NCBI RefSeq assembly: GCF_006345805.1
Contig: NC_043000.1
Location: 73,904,001 to 73,968,000, forward strand
From: Octopus sinensis
Lineage: Eukaryota
Length of the DNA stretch: 64,000 bases
Reading direction: 5' to 3'
Shown here: piece after piece, positions 23,828-36,183 of the stretch
Numbering within the stretch: the first letter of the stretch is position 1
How the letters are laid out: every line of letters begins with the position of its first letter
Position numbers and translations under genes: made by a program
Notes under the pieces: model-generated
What the model saw: only the letters and a program-made list of their open reading frames with translations
Told to the model about the DNA's origin: nothing
Database searches by the model: none

Positions 23828-24784
23828 TTTAACAAAAATGCTTCCGTATAAACGGTGAAAATATTGTCAATTTCCCCAAACAGGGACACAATTCAATTTT
23901 TAAACAGTAACCAAAGCTCCTTCTCCCATAGGGGGAGGGTTACGGTTTACAATTATTTAACAAATGCAACACAACAACGTTTACCTTTCGAGGAACCAAC
24001 AAACGTGATAACAATAGTTAAACAGTAATAATAACAACAAACCTTACGGTGAATCAAAAAGCAGTACGCAGTTGAAGCTATAGTCCTTTATGTATAAGAA
24101 ATAAATCAACAGCAGTACTCAGTTGAAGCGGCTGTTCGAGAAAACAGACATTACATACAGCCAAACTTCATATAGATGCTTAATGCTAGCTAATTAGCAG
24201 ATAATCTAATGTAAAAGCTGTGGTAAAAGGCATGTTCACAGCTCCATCTAGACTATTCCATTTCTGCACACTAATTTTATTTTTAATTTATTCCCATTCA
24301 TGTGAAACCACTTATTCAATTTCAAGTCATTGATGCAATTTTATACCAATTGCTATTTTTACTTTTATTATGTTACGATTATATTATACTTTAGTTTGAT
24401 TTTAATTATTACTTACTACATATAATTCAATTGTTATTATTATCTCTAATTTTTATTGTTAAATTGAAAGTATCTGACATAAAATGGAGAAATGTTTTTG
24501 TTTCACTTTTAACACGTATTGCTGAAATAGTGGAGAAGATATGATATTGCTATGGGCTCGCCCTAGGCAAGAAGTTGAAATTATGTAAGTGGTATCAATG
24601 TAACCGGGTTTGTGATTAATCTGTATATTTTGCATCTCTTCATTTCTCTTGCTCGATTACGTTCTGGTGTGTGCTAAATTTTCTTGAGAACATTCCTTTC
24701 TTAGTGGTAAGACCATAGGGGGTTGACTTCTAGCATAATGGATGTCCACTTAGTGGTCATCCCTCTTATATGTATATATATATA

Positions 24785-25493
24785 TATATATATAAAACTC
24801 AACTTGTGTGTCTGTGTGTGTATCTGTGTGTGTGTCTGTGTGTTTAACTTCCCAGCACATCTCCCCCTAGCCAACAAATTGTAGAACCACCAAAAATGGG
24901 TCACTTAAAGTTTAGGCGAATGAAAATTGAACTGCGCTATTTCTGTTCCAAAATTAATCTCACAAGTGCAAAAATCGATAATGTGTTTGTTTAGGCCTTA
25001 TCCCATGCATTGAATAGTGAACTTTACTCAGTCAGCTGTTTGACGTGAACTGTGTTCACCACGCGTGCAAGCATGCGTAAATTGCATGAAAAAGAAAATA
25101 TATATATATATATATATATATAAAGCTGAAGTTGTCTGTGTATGGCAGGTTTGATAGCCTTTAACTAACACTATCTCCTCCAAAACCCTGCGGCGCAAGT
25201 TGACCAAAATTAAGAGTATGATAGAAGAAAGCTTGCTCTTCATTCTCTAGAAGAAAAAATTCAAATTGGAGCATCTTAGGACCAAAAATTATTTACATCA
25301 AAAAGGTGCGTTTTTTTCGATGGAAATCTCTATTTTTTAAGATTTTTTTACTGCTCTGCTGCCATTTTTTGGTATATTTAAACCAGTAAAATGTTCACTT
25401 ACAGAGAATAACAAGCTACATAATGAAAATTTTCAAAAATTCCAATTCTAAAGGGTCAAAACAAAACCGAGCAATGCCGGGCGATACTGCTAG
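24785..25493 (+). mobile_element. Two adjacent Helitron-like non-autonomous elements (starts near 24785 and 25115)
   Basis: TATAAA followed by GTCTGT/GTGT microsatellite heads; the second ends CCGAGCAATGCCGGG-6nt-CTAG|T. Confidence 0.5.
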
Positions 25494-25654
25494 TATATAT
25501 ATATATAATATATATGATATATGTATATGTATATCAAGATATATCTATATATCACCGTAACCGACCAGGCTATTGCTGCTCACAATGCGCTTCGCATTGT
25601 TTTAGCCTTCAAATGACGCACCCTCGCTGGCTAAGCGAGCAGGCCAATATCTAT

Positions 25655-25667
25655 ATATATGTATATA

Positions 25668-25706
<39 letters not shown>

Positions 25707-26005
25707 TTATATATATAATATACACATATTTCATGTATATCTATACATATATACATATCTATCTCTATATATATATTATATCATTTATATATTATATATA
25801 TCTATCTCTATATATATATTATATTCATTTATATATATATATATGATATATATATATATATATATGATATTATATTATATATATATATATAATATATATA
25901 TATATATTATAATATATATATATATATATAGTATTATATATATGTATGTATATATGTATATATAGATATATATGTATATATAGGCATACATATATATATA
26001 TATAT

Positions 26006-26056
<51 letters not shown>

Positions 26057-26100
26057 CACACACACACATATACATATATATAGATATACATGTATATATA
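25655..26100. repeat. Long (TA)n microsatellite
   Basis: Direct inspection. Confidence 0.95.
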
Positions 26101-26503
26101 TACTCTTTTACTCTTTTACTTGTTTCAGTCATTTGACTGCGGCCATGCTGGAGCACCGCCTTTAGTCGAGCAAATCAACCCCGGGACTTATTCTTTGTAA
26201 GCCCAGTACTTATTCTATCGGTATCTTTTGCCGAACCGCTAAGTGATGGGGGCGTAAACACACCAGCATCGGTTGTCAAGCAATGCTAGGGAGACAAACA
26301 CAGACACACAAACACATACACATACATGCATACATATATACGACAGGCTTCTTTCAGTTTCCGTCTACCAAATCCACTCACAAGGCATTGGTCGGCCCGA
26401 GGCTATAGCAGAAGACACTTGCCCAAGATGCCACGCAGTGGGACTGAACCCGGAACTATGTGATTGGTTAGCAAGCTACTTACCACACAGCCACTCCTGC
26501 ACC
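26101..26503 (-). mobile_element. tRNA-derived SINE with CR1-like 3' tail
   Basis: Reverse-complement head GGTGCAGGAGTGGCTGTGTGG (A box)...GGTTCAGTCCC (B box); tail GGCGGTGCTCCAGCATGGCCGCAGTCAAATGACTGAAAC. Confidence 0.85.
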
Positions 26504-26530
26504 ATATATACAGACATACATACATATACG

Positions 26531-26585
<55 letters not shown>

Positions 26586-26627
26586 CATATGTATATATAT
26601 ATATACACACACACATATATACATACA

Positions 26628-27744
26628 TCATCATCATCATCATCATCATCATCGTTTAACGTCCGTTTTCCGCGCTAGCATGGGTTGGACGGTTCGACCG
26701 GGGTCTGGGAAGCCAGGGGCCGCTCCAGGCTCCAGTCTGATCTGGCAGAGTTTCTACGGCTGGATGCCCTTCCTAACGCCAACCACTCCGTGAGTGGAGT
26801 GGGTGCTTTTTACGTGCCACCTGCACAGGGGCCGGGGGGTCCGGCATCGGTCGCGATCGGTTCGAGCTTTTAACATGCCAGCGGCACGGGGGCAACGCGA
26901 TCCGGGGTACTTTGGGGATCTGGGGTACTTTGGGTATCCGGGGTACTTTGAATGGGTAGGGGTGGGGAAGGTTGGGGGGTAAGGAGGAACGATGGCAGGA
27001 AGGGTTGGTGCAGGTTCGTAAGAAATAAAAACGTAGGATATTACGAGGCGTGGAGGGGACTGGAAGGAGATAGTAGGATTGAGGCAGTGTCAGTTTCAAA
27101 ACAGGAGGAAGCATAAGATCAGTGGGCGGTTGATGAGCTGTGACGCTAGCAGCTTGTCTTTTCACAGTGAAAGCATATGAGGAGAAGGGGTAGGAAGGGG
27201 TGGTGGGGGAGGAGGAGGGAGTATCCGGTGTAGATGGTGAGAACAGTGTTCACCGGTATTGGTGGTGGGCGTGGGAGGGCGGGCGCACAGCGCACTGGGA
27301 GAAGAATTAGGCGGCAGAAAGAAAGACAGGATTTGAGATGGAATGCTTTGCGATCGTGTGCATAAGTTTCTATGAGTGGAAGTTGGGAAAAGATGGGTTA
27401 GAGAATTAAGCGACAGAAAGAAAGACCAGATTTGAGACGTGATGTTTTTGCGGTCGTGTGAATAAGTTTTTGTGAGTGAAAGTTTATATGCTTCAGCTAG
27501 CATTTGAGACGAAAGACAACGATAACGCTAATATATGGGGAAACAATAATAATAAGAAGGCTTGATGGTGATGATGATACTTGCAAAAACAATGAAAAGA
27601 GGAACAGGACTTAGCTGATATTTTTCATCCTGCGTATTGGCTAAGCCTGTGGAAGCGAGTGAAGGTGAGATATATACAGAGAGAGAGACAGTGATAACAG
27701 AGGGAGAAACCGACACCACATAGCGAGAGAGAGAGCGAGAGAGC

Positions 27745-27780
<36 letters not shown>

Positions 27781-28031
27781 GTGATAACAGAGGGACAAAA
27801 CGACACCGCGCACTGGGAGAAGATTTAGGCGGCAGAAAGAAAGACAGGATTTGAGATGGAATGCTTTGCAATCGTGTGCATAAGTTTCTATGAGTGGAAG
27901 TTGGGAAAAGATGGGTTAGAGAATTAAGCGACAGAAAGAAAGACCAGATTTGAGACGAGATGTTTTTGCGGTCGTGTGAATAAGTTTTTGTGAGTGAAAG
28001 TTTATATGCTTCAGCTAGCATTTGAGACGAA
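26628..28031 (-). mobile_element. Non-coding RTE derivative: 5' UTR-like sequence fused to RTE 3' UTR, (GAT)n tail
   Basis: About 26990-27290 resembles 60540-60900 (5' UTR of the RTE at 60 kb); 26628-26960 matches RTE 3' UTR; no APE or RT in between. Confidence 0.7.
27290..28031. repeat. Near-identical ~224-bp direct repeats (27290-27513 and 27808-28031)
   Basis: Direct comparison; few mismatches. Confidence 0.9.
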
Positions 28032-28174
28032 TATATATATATCATCATCATCATCATCATCATCATCGTTTAACGTCCGCTTTCCGATGATGATGATGAT
28101 GATGATATATATATATATATATATATATATGAATAAATAAATTAATGGAGTTGAGCGAAGATGTTAACAAAATT

Positions 28175-28262
28175 CCTTTACTCTCGACATATGTTTCGAA
28201 GACAACATGATTTCATTCCAAAGCAATAAATGGAGAAAGATGCAATCTTCTCATCAGGAAAG
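28175..28262 (-). ncRNA. Canonical type I hammerhead ribozyme (inverted copy)
   Basis: Reverse complement CTTTC CTGATGA GAAGA...TCTTC GAAAC ATAT GTC GAGAG. Confidence 0.82.
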
Positions 28263-30140
28263 AAGACAAAAGTTGTGATGACTGCCTACATGGTAAACAA
28301 AATTATAATAAGTGTTTTAAAGAAAACCGTTAGTAGTACTGATGTCAAAGTTAGATAGTAGTTAGATAGTAGGATAGTAGAAGCAAATCAAAAAATACAG
28401 AAGGTTAAGAACAGATTAGTTAGATTTTTTAGTAGAATAGGCTTGCGCATTGTTTTTGACGATGTGTTAACTAAAGCCAACTTCTTAGACATTACCCTCA
28501 ATTTGCAGAATAACTCATACTTCCCTTATCATAAACCGTCCACAAATCTTAAGTATATTAGCCTTTACAGTAATTATTCTAGGCCAGTTACCGATAACTT
28601 AGTCAAAAATATCTCTGAGACTGTCTAAATTATCTGCCAATGTTGACATTTTTAACTAAAAAGCAGAGTTCTATAATGCCGCCTTGTTAAGAGCCGGCTA
28701 TAAAGAGAAAGTGTCATACATCGATTCTGCTCATTCTAAACCAACATCTGCTTCTCCAGATAAAATAGTTACTTGTAATAGGAATAGTGATTTTAATTCT
28801 AATAGTGCAAGCAGCCCTGTACGTAATATAAATTCTTTACAGACCAGGGGAGGTAAGCGCCATTCAACCCCAAATTTCCAACCCAGAAATTTTCCCCTTA
28901 CTTTTACAAATAAAACTACGTACAATTCAAAAGTCACTAAAAACTGTATCTGGTTCGTAATACCTTTCGGAAAACAAATTAAATCGAACCTTCCCTTGTA
29001 GTTCCGTGAAGCCGTTGCTAGGAACTTTCCCAAAAATTCTAGATATTATTCTATCATCAATTCCTACATAGTTAGAATCGTTTTCTCTAACACTAGAAAT
29101 CTTTCACAAATTATATCTTCTCACAATACCAAGCTGCTAAATAAAGGTTCTTCACCCATGAGTTCCAGCATTAATCTTGCTAATTCCAACCCATCATACA
29201 ATCATAATAATAGGAATAGTATTAATAGTAATAGCAATGGTAGTAGTGATAGTGTTAACAACGATAATAATAATATTAATAGTAATAGTCATGTTAATAA
29301 CAATGGTAATAACAATAACGGTATTATTGTTGATGGTATTATTGGTTGTATTACCACTAATAATACTAATGATAATAGGAATAGTGTTGTTGGTGGTGCT
29401 AATAATAATAGTAACAACAATCATAGCAATAAAAACTTCGTTTCGATCTCGGAGGACAACCCCAACAGAATTAAATTTTTGTCTAGTAATTCTAAGATTA
29501 AGAATTCTATTTACCAGTGTAGAATTTCTTCCGGTACCGATGTCTTCTTCTATATAGGTGCGTCCACTTCCCAGTTATCCAAGAGAATTTCAAACCAATA
29601 TTCAACATTTAGGGATAGTAAAAAACGACATAGTACAGGGCTAAGTAAATTAGTTTGGAGTCTTAAAGACAACAATATAGATTTTAAGTTAGATTGGTTC
29701 ATACTGTCTGTATCCTTTCCTTTTGATAAGGGCAGGAGATTTTGTAACATTTGCAACTCTGAACTCTTCCATATTCTCTTCTCTAAGGTTCACCTTGTAA
29801 ACACACTCATAGAGAAATCGTACAAATGTAAACACTGGCAGAAACATACTTTTTACTCATATAAATGATTTCGATGGTCATTGTGGTTTGAACAATTAGC
29901 TTAACGTGCACTCCACTTCAATAGCGAAATCCTTTCCTAAACCTTTGAACATTCTTTTAATCAACGTACCCTTCTCTCTCCACTTGTTCCCTACCTATAA
30001 TTCCTTTAACCCTTCTCTTCCTACTATCTAACTTTGACGTCAATACTACTAACAGTTTTTTTTAAAACACTTATTATCGTTTTGTTTACCATGTAGGCAG
30101 TCATCGCAACTTTTATTTGTCTTGTTGTTGAGAGAGGCTC

Positions 30141-30205
30141 CCTTTCTTTCCTGATGAGAAGATTGCATCTTGCACCGTCTTCGAAACATATGTCGAGAGT
30201 AAAGG
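30141..30205 (+). ncRNA. Canonical type I hammerhead ribozyme
   Basis: CTTTC CTGATGA(30151-30157) GAAGAT...GTCTTC GAAAC ATAT GTC|GAGAG; predicted cut after 30194. Confidence 0.85.
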
Positions 30206-30427
30206 AATTTTGCTAACATCTTCGTTCAACTCCATTCATTAATTTATTTATTCATATATAACACACAAATTTCTGCACATGAACCCGGTGTTTCTGCCCT
30301 TGGACAGGTCGCTTCAACCGTGTTTCTGACGTGAATTTGCTACCCTGGTATCGGTTCATCAAATTTTCCATGTTGACGGTAAACACAGGATAATTCATTC
30401 AACTATCAAAATACATATATATATACA

Positions 30428-33145
30428 TCATCATCATCATTATCATTTAACATCCGCTTTCCATGCTAGCATGGGTTGGACGATTTGACTGAGGTCTGGC
30501 GAACCAGACTCCAATCTGATCTGGCAGAGTTTTTACAGCTGGATGCCCTTCCTAACAAGGGCCAGTTTGGTGGTACTGGCAACGGCCACGCTCAAATGGT
30601 GCTTTTTACGTGCCACATGCACAGTCCAGCAGCACTGGCAACAATCTTGCTTGAATATTTCACTTGCCACCAGCACAAGTGCTAGTAAGGTGACATGGTA
30701 ACGATCACGCTCAAATGGTGTGCTTAACGTGCCATCGGCACGAAGACCAGCTTGTGCTCTGGCAATGATCTCACTCGTATGGTACACTTAGTGCTCCACT
30801 AGCAACGGATGCCAGTCACTGAGTTTGATTTCAACTTCAATTTCACTTGCCGCAACAGGTCTTCGCAAGGAGAGTTTAGGGTCCAATGAAGAAAAGGCAT
30901 GCATAAGTGGACTGGTTACACCCCTAGCATAGGCCACAAGGTTATGGTCACACTTGCACTTGCCAAGTCTTCTGCAGCACAGCATATTTTCAGAGAACCT
31001 GGTCACTAGTCATTGCCTCGGTGAGGCCCAATGTTTGAAGGTCATGCTTCACCACCTCATCCCAGGTCTTCCTGGGTCAACCTCTTCCACGGTTCCCTCA
31101 ATTGCTAGGGTGTGGCACTTTTTCACACAATTATCCACATCCATTCTCGCCACATGACCATACCAGCACAAACGTCTCTCTTGCACACCACAACTGATGC
31201 TTCTTAGGTCCAACTTTTCTCTCAAGGTACTAACACTCTGTCGAGTATGCACACTGACATTACACATCCATCGGAGCATGTTGGCTCCATTCCTTGTGAG
31301 CTTACGCATATCCTCAACAGTCACGGCCCATGTTTCACTGCCATGTAGCATAGCTGTTCGTACACATGCGTCATACAGTCTACCTTTTACTCTGAGCAAG
31401 AGGCCCTTTGTCACCAGCAGAGGTAACAGCTCTCTGAACTTTGCCCAGGCTATCCTTATTCTAGCAGCTACACATTCAGTGCACCCTCCCCAACTACTGA
31501 CTTGGTCGCCTAGGTAATGGAAGCTATCAACTACTTCTAGTTTTTCTCCCTGGAATGTGGTGGAAGTTGTTCTTTGCAAATTTTCAGTGTTATTTATAGC
31601 TCCTGAGCATCTGCCACATACAACAACTATCCTCCCAGTTAGCCTTCCTTTGATATTGCTGCACCTCTTATGTGTCCATAGCTTACACTGGGTACATCTT
31701 ATAGAGTTTCTACCTACGCCTTTTCTACAGATCGAGCAGGGCCATCTACCTGAAGGGATTTGTGGTTTGCCTGCCTTCCTACTTATTAGGACTTTGGTTT
31801 TAGCTAGGTTGACTCTAAGGCCCTTCAATTCTAATCCTTGTTCCACACTTGAAACTTCTCTAGTTCTGTTAGTGACTCAGCAATTAGAGCAAGGTCATCA
31901 GCATAGAGGAGCTCCCAGGGGCATCCTGTCTTGAATTCCTCCGTTATTGCCTGGAAGACTTTGATAAATAGGAGGGGGCTGAGGACTGAACCTTGGTGGA
32001 CCCCTACCTCTACCCGGAATTCTTCACTGTACTTGTTGCCAACCCACACCTTACTGACAGCGTCCCTGTACATGGCTTGCACTGCTGTCACTAACCATTC
32101 ATCTATTCCTAGTTTCCTTATTGACCACCAGATGAGAGATCGGGGGACCCTGTCGAAGGCTTTTTCCATGTCAACGAAAGCCAGGTACAGGGGCTTATCT
32201 TTGGCTAGGTATTTCTCCTGCAGCTGTCTAACCATAAATATAGCATCAGTGGTGCTTTTCCCTGGCACGAAACCAAACTGCATCTCATCTGAACTGACTC
32301 TCTCCCTAATTAGTTGGGCTATGACCCTCTCCGTGATCTTCATTACCTGATTCATGAGCTTGATACCTTTGTAATTATTTGTATCTAAAGCGTCACCTTT
32401 TCCTTTGTAGCAGTTGACTATGGTGCTGCTACACCAGTCATTGGGTATGACTCCTTCGTTTATCACCTGGTTAACTATACGGGTGACTAGGCTATAGCCG
32501 ACACTGCCAGATATTTTGAGCATCTCTGTAGTAATTCCTGATGTGCCTGGGGCTTTCCCTGTCTTCATACTTCTAATTGCCTTATCTACCAAGGTACTGT
32601 CAACTCGGATAGCTGGTTCCTCTGTTGAGTTCACATTCGGCAGACTCTTTCTCACATTCATTCTCTTTATTGAGCAACCTTTCATAGTGGTGTCTCCAAA
32701 CCTCTCTGTTTGCATCCTCATTTAGTGCAAGAGAATCATCATCTATGCAGACACATTTCTCTCCTACAACATCACGATTCTCTCTCACACACTGTCTTGT
32801 GACACGAAATACCGCAAGTCTTTGGTCCACACAGCGTAGAACATTGGCAAATTTTTTCTTATCTGCTTCACGTCTGGCTAAATAAACCTGTCTCCTAGCT
32901 TCTCTTCTGGCAATCTGATACGATTCCTTGCTACCAACATTCTTCCAGTCCTTCCAAGTCTGTCTCTTTTCTCTAATAGCCCTGTCTACAACATTGTTCC
33001 ACCACTATGTTATTTTGGGTCGAGAGGGGACTTTGCACCATCCACAAATCTGGTCAGTGGCTCTCAGCAGGTTGTCCCTTAGAAACCTCTAGTTGTCTTC
33101 TACCCCATGTGAAACTGTATCCCCCTCTATTTCGTCAAAGGCTTT
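30428..33145 (-). mobile_element. RTE LINE, 5'-truncated (linker + RT + C-terminus + 3' UTR)
   Basis: MQFGFVPGKSTTD, DMEKAFDRVP, GVHQGSVLSPLLF, LLYADDL, GSETW; (CAT)n tail near 30428. Confidence 0.93.
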
Positions 33146-33168
33146 ACCACCCCGTTGTATATATATAT

Positions 33169-33210
<42 letters not shown>

Positions 33211-33450
33211 ATATATATATGTATATATAATTTTCATTTCATTTCATTTGGGTTTGAGTCCATGCTCAGGCCAAGTCGAAGACTCCACCCTCAGAGTCTG
33301 GTGTGGTTGCCAGGTTGTATTCTCTGCTTAATTTTGACATGTGTAGGAGCGAGTTTGAGTCAGTTTGTGCTCGTTGTGTATATCCTGGGAGATGGGGTTC
33401 ATCTCTAATGGTGCTTAAGTATCTATCCAGTTGCAATTTGAATGATTATA

Positions 33451-33499
<49 letters not shown>

Positions 33500-33503
<4 letters not shown>

Positions 33504-36050
33504 AGTCAGTTATAGAGTGGTTTAAAGGTATTAGCTATAAGAATAATTGTAGTTTCACACAATTCGACATTATTGACTTTTACCCGTCAATATCTAGGAC
33601 GTTGCTCCTAAGGGCATTGGACTTCGCCAAGCAGTATGTCAACATCGATAGTTCGGAAATTGAAATTATTATGCATGCGAGGAAATCGCTTCTTTTTTCG
33701 AGGATTCCACCTGGATTAAGAAGACTGAGGATTCTCTTTTCGATGTACCGATGGGGGCATACGACGGGGCTGAATTATGTATGCTCATAGGAGCCTTTAT
33801 TCTCCATAATCTAAAAATAGAATTCCCATTTATAGATGCAGGTTTATATAGGGATGACGGCCTTATAGCCACGCATAATCTAAACGGCCATGAATCAGAT
33901 AGACTTAGGAAGGACCTTATAGCTTTCTTTCAAAGGATAGGCTTACAGGTTACGATAGATGCTAACCTGAATAGTGTAGATTTTTTAGACGTAAATTTTA
34001 ATGTAAGATCGAATAGATTTAAACCTTTCCGTAAGCCCAATGAAAAGCTATCGTATATTAGCAAAGATTTGAACCATCCACCAGTTATCCTTAGCAACTT
34101 AGTCAGCAATGTAGGTAGAAGAATATCTTCAATTTCTTCGGACGAGGCAGCATTCCATAATGCTGCACCTTATTACGATAGCGCATTAAAGAATAGTGGA
34201 TTCTCGGAGAAGATCCAGTTCAACCAGCTTAATGCTGATAATAATGCTGCACGAAGAACTAGGACCAGGAAAGTTTTGTGGTTCAACCCGGCTTTCAATT
34301 TGGCCGTAAAGACTAATATAGGTAAGGAATTTTTGAGATTAGTCTCTAAGCATTTTAAGCAGGGTCATAAATTCTACAGAATATTTAATAGAAGAACCCT
34401 GAAGGTTAGCTATTCTTGTTGCAGAAATTTCGCTCTTACATTAGCCAACATAATAGGAAGCTAATTGAGATTAGACATGGTGCCGAGCCCATTAAGAAAT
34501 GTAATTTCAAAAACGAAAGCTCCTGTCCGTTAGAAGGGAAATGTCTAGTGAAAGGAGTAGTTTATAGAGCCAAGGTGCAAGTGGAAGGCTCATCGGAATA
34601 CAAGACATACACAGGGGCTTCAGAAAATTCATTTAAAACAAGATTTTATTCTCATAAAAATTCATTTAAATACCCAGAGAATAGGAAGAAAACCAGCCTA
34701 GCAAAATATGTCTGGGAACTAAAAGAAAAGGAAGCCCCACCTTTCAACGTGACATGGAGCATTCTGGACAGGGCGGCACCATACAGGCATGGAGCTTACA
34801 AAAATAATTTCAAGTGCAGACTTTGTTTATTAGAGAAAATGTATATCTTATTCAAAGACAATAATTCTTTGAATCAAAGAAGTGAGTTAATGAACTTATG
34901 TAGGCACGCGGCTAAATTTAAAATGTCGAATATAAATATACCATATGGATAGAGTATATATTTTGTATTTTTGATTTTGATTTTGACTCTTGAGCGCTAC
35001 GATGAATTTGGATTCTGTTTCCAAGCTACGTGGATCTTAATCCGTATAGCAAAGTCTTATGTTTCTACATATATATTAGGAAAAACCTACAAACTTTGTT
35101 TTCATGTTATTGTATTGCATAGGATTACCTTGATTATTTATATTACCTTGATTATTTATAAATGACCCAAAATAGGATGTTATATTTTATTTTATATGTC
35201 TTTCGTATATATTTTTATTAATGCACCCATTTTTAAAAGCAATGTTTTTTAAAAAAAGCAATGTTGTCAAAATTAGAATGTTATATAAGTATGTGTATAG
35301 CAAAGCATATGTATTTGTAAGCATACGTATCTGTGTATGTGTAAGTGAAAGTATGTTTGTGCTTAAGCACACATATACACGACGGTATGTATATGTATCC
35401 ATTCAAACTTGTGTATGTATACTGGCCTCTATAGATGCCAATAACATCGTTACACTGCTTATTTCGTTTTTCCCCACCCCTCCTTCGTTTCTTTTTCTCT
35501 CTCTCCCTTTCTTTCGTTCCCCCTCCTTGCCCAGTATATGAGAATTGCTACATAGATGAATTTTAGCTTGCGTGCGAGACGGTTTGCGTGAATATATGTA
35601 CACATGCTTTTATGTGTATATTTAAATTCATATTCATACGTCTGTATATGTATGTATGGCGTTTACGCGCATCCTTTTGTGTATGTTGATATATATATGT
35701 AGATTTTAATATATGTATTGCAGTATTTATAACAGGTTTAATTTCTATGCATTAATTTGCACTGTCTTCATTAACGTCAATGGTTTTTCCTCGGATTTTA
35801 TAATTTTTATAAGTTTTTATATAAAATTTTTTATATATATATACATATATCTTTGACCTTTTTGTTTATCGCTCGAAGATTGACCGTTTTTTCTAAAGGG
35901 CCAATCAAACAAGTCCATTTCTTTTTAAAGGTGTAGCGTTTGTAAGAGTATAGATTGAATTGATATATCAGTTCCATTCTAACAAAAACTGTCTGATGAA
36001 CGGCAACGAGAAACTCAGAGAAACAGATTTTGTTGAATTTTCTGCTGCTT
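33500..36050 (+). mobile_element. Penelope-like (Naiad-like) element: RT + GIY-YIG (33540-34952, frameshifted) and probable 3' region
   Basis: MGAYDGAELC, GLYRDDGL, VDFLDVNF, VLWFNP; CPLEGKC..VVYRA..YTGASE..KTRFYSH. The 3' boundary is uncertain. Confidence 0.85.
35984..36031 (+). ncRNA. Degenerate type I hammerhead motif
   Basis: Stem I CTGT/ACAG; CTGATGA; CG-GCAA-CG; GAAAC; ACTC-A-GAG; triplet GAA instead of GUH. Confidence 0.5.
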
Positions 36051-36059
36051 AAAATAAAG

Positions 36060-36108
<49 letters not shown>

Positions 36109-36123
36109 CACATATATATATAT

Positions 36124-36182
<59 letters not shown>

Positions 36183-36183
<1 letters not shown>

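Larger units (their letters stand above)
28131..30415 (+). mobile_element. Penelope-like (Naiad-like) element: inverted terminal repeat, RT C-terminus, Asn-rich linker, GIY-YIG, 3' repeat with HHR
   Basis: KANFLDITLNL..YFPYHKP; IWFVIPF; SIYQC..FFYIGAST..KRI; LSKLVWSLKD..CNICNSE. 28131-28385 is the reverse complement of about 30000-30255. Confidence 0.88.

Noticed and set aside
34480-34560. Selenocysteine-type recoding in Naiad-like GIY-YIG Cys motifs
   Set aside because: No in-frame TGA at Cys positions here or at about 63600; TGA stops elsewhere fit CGA decay.
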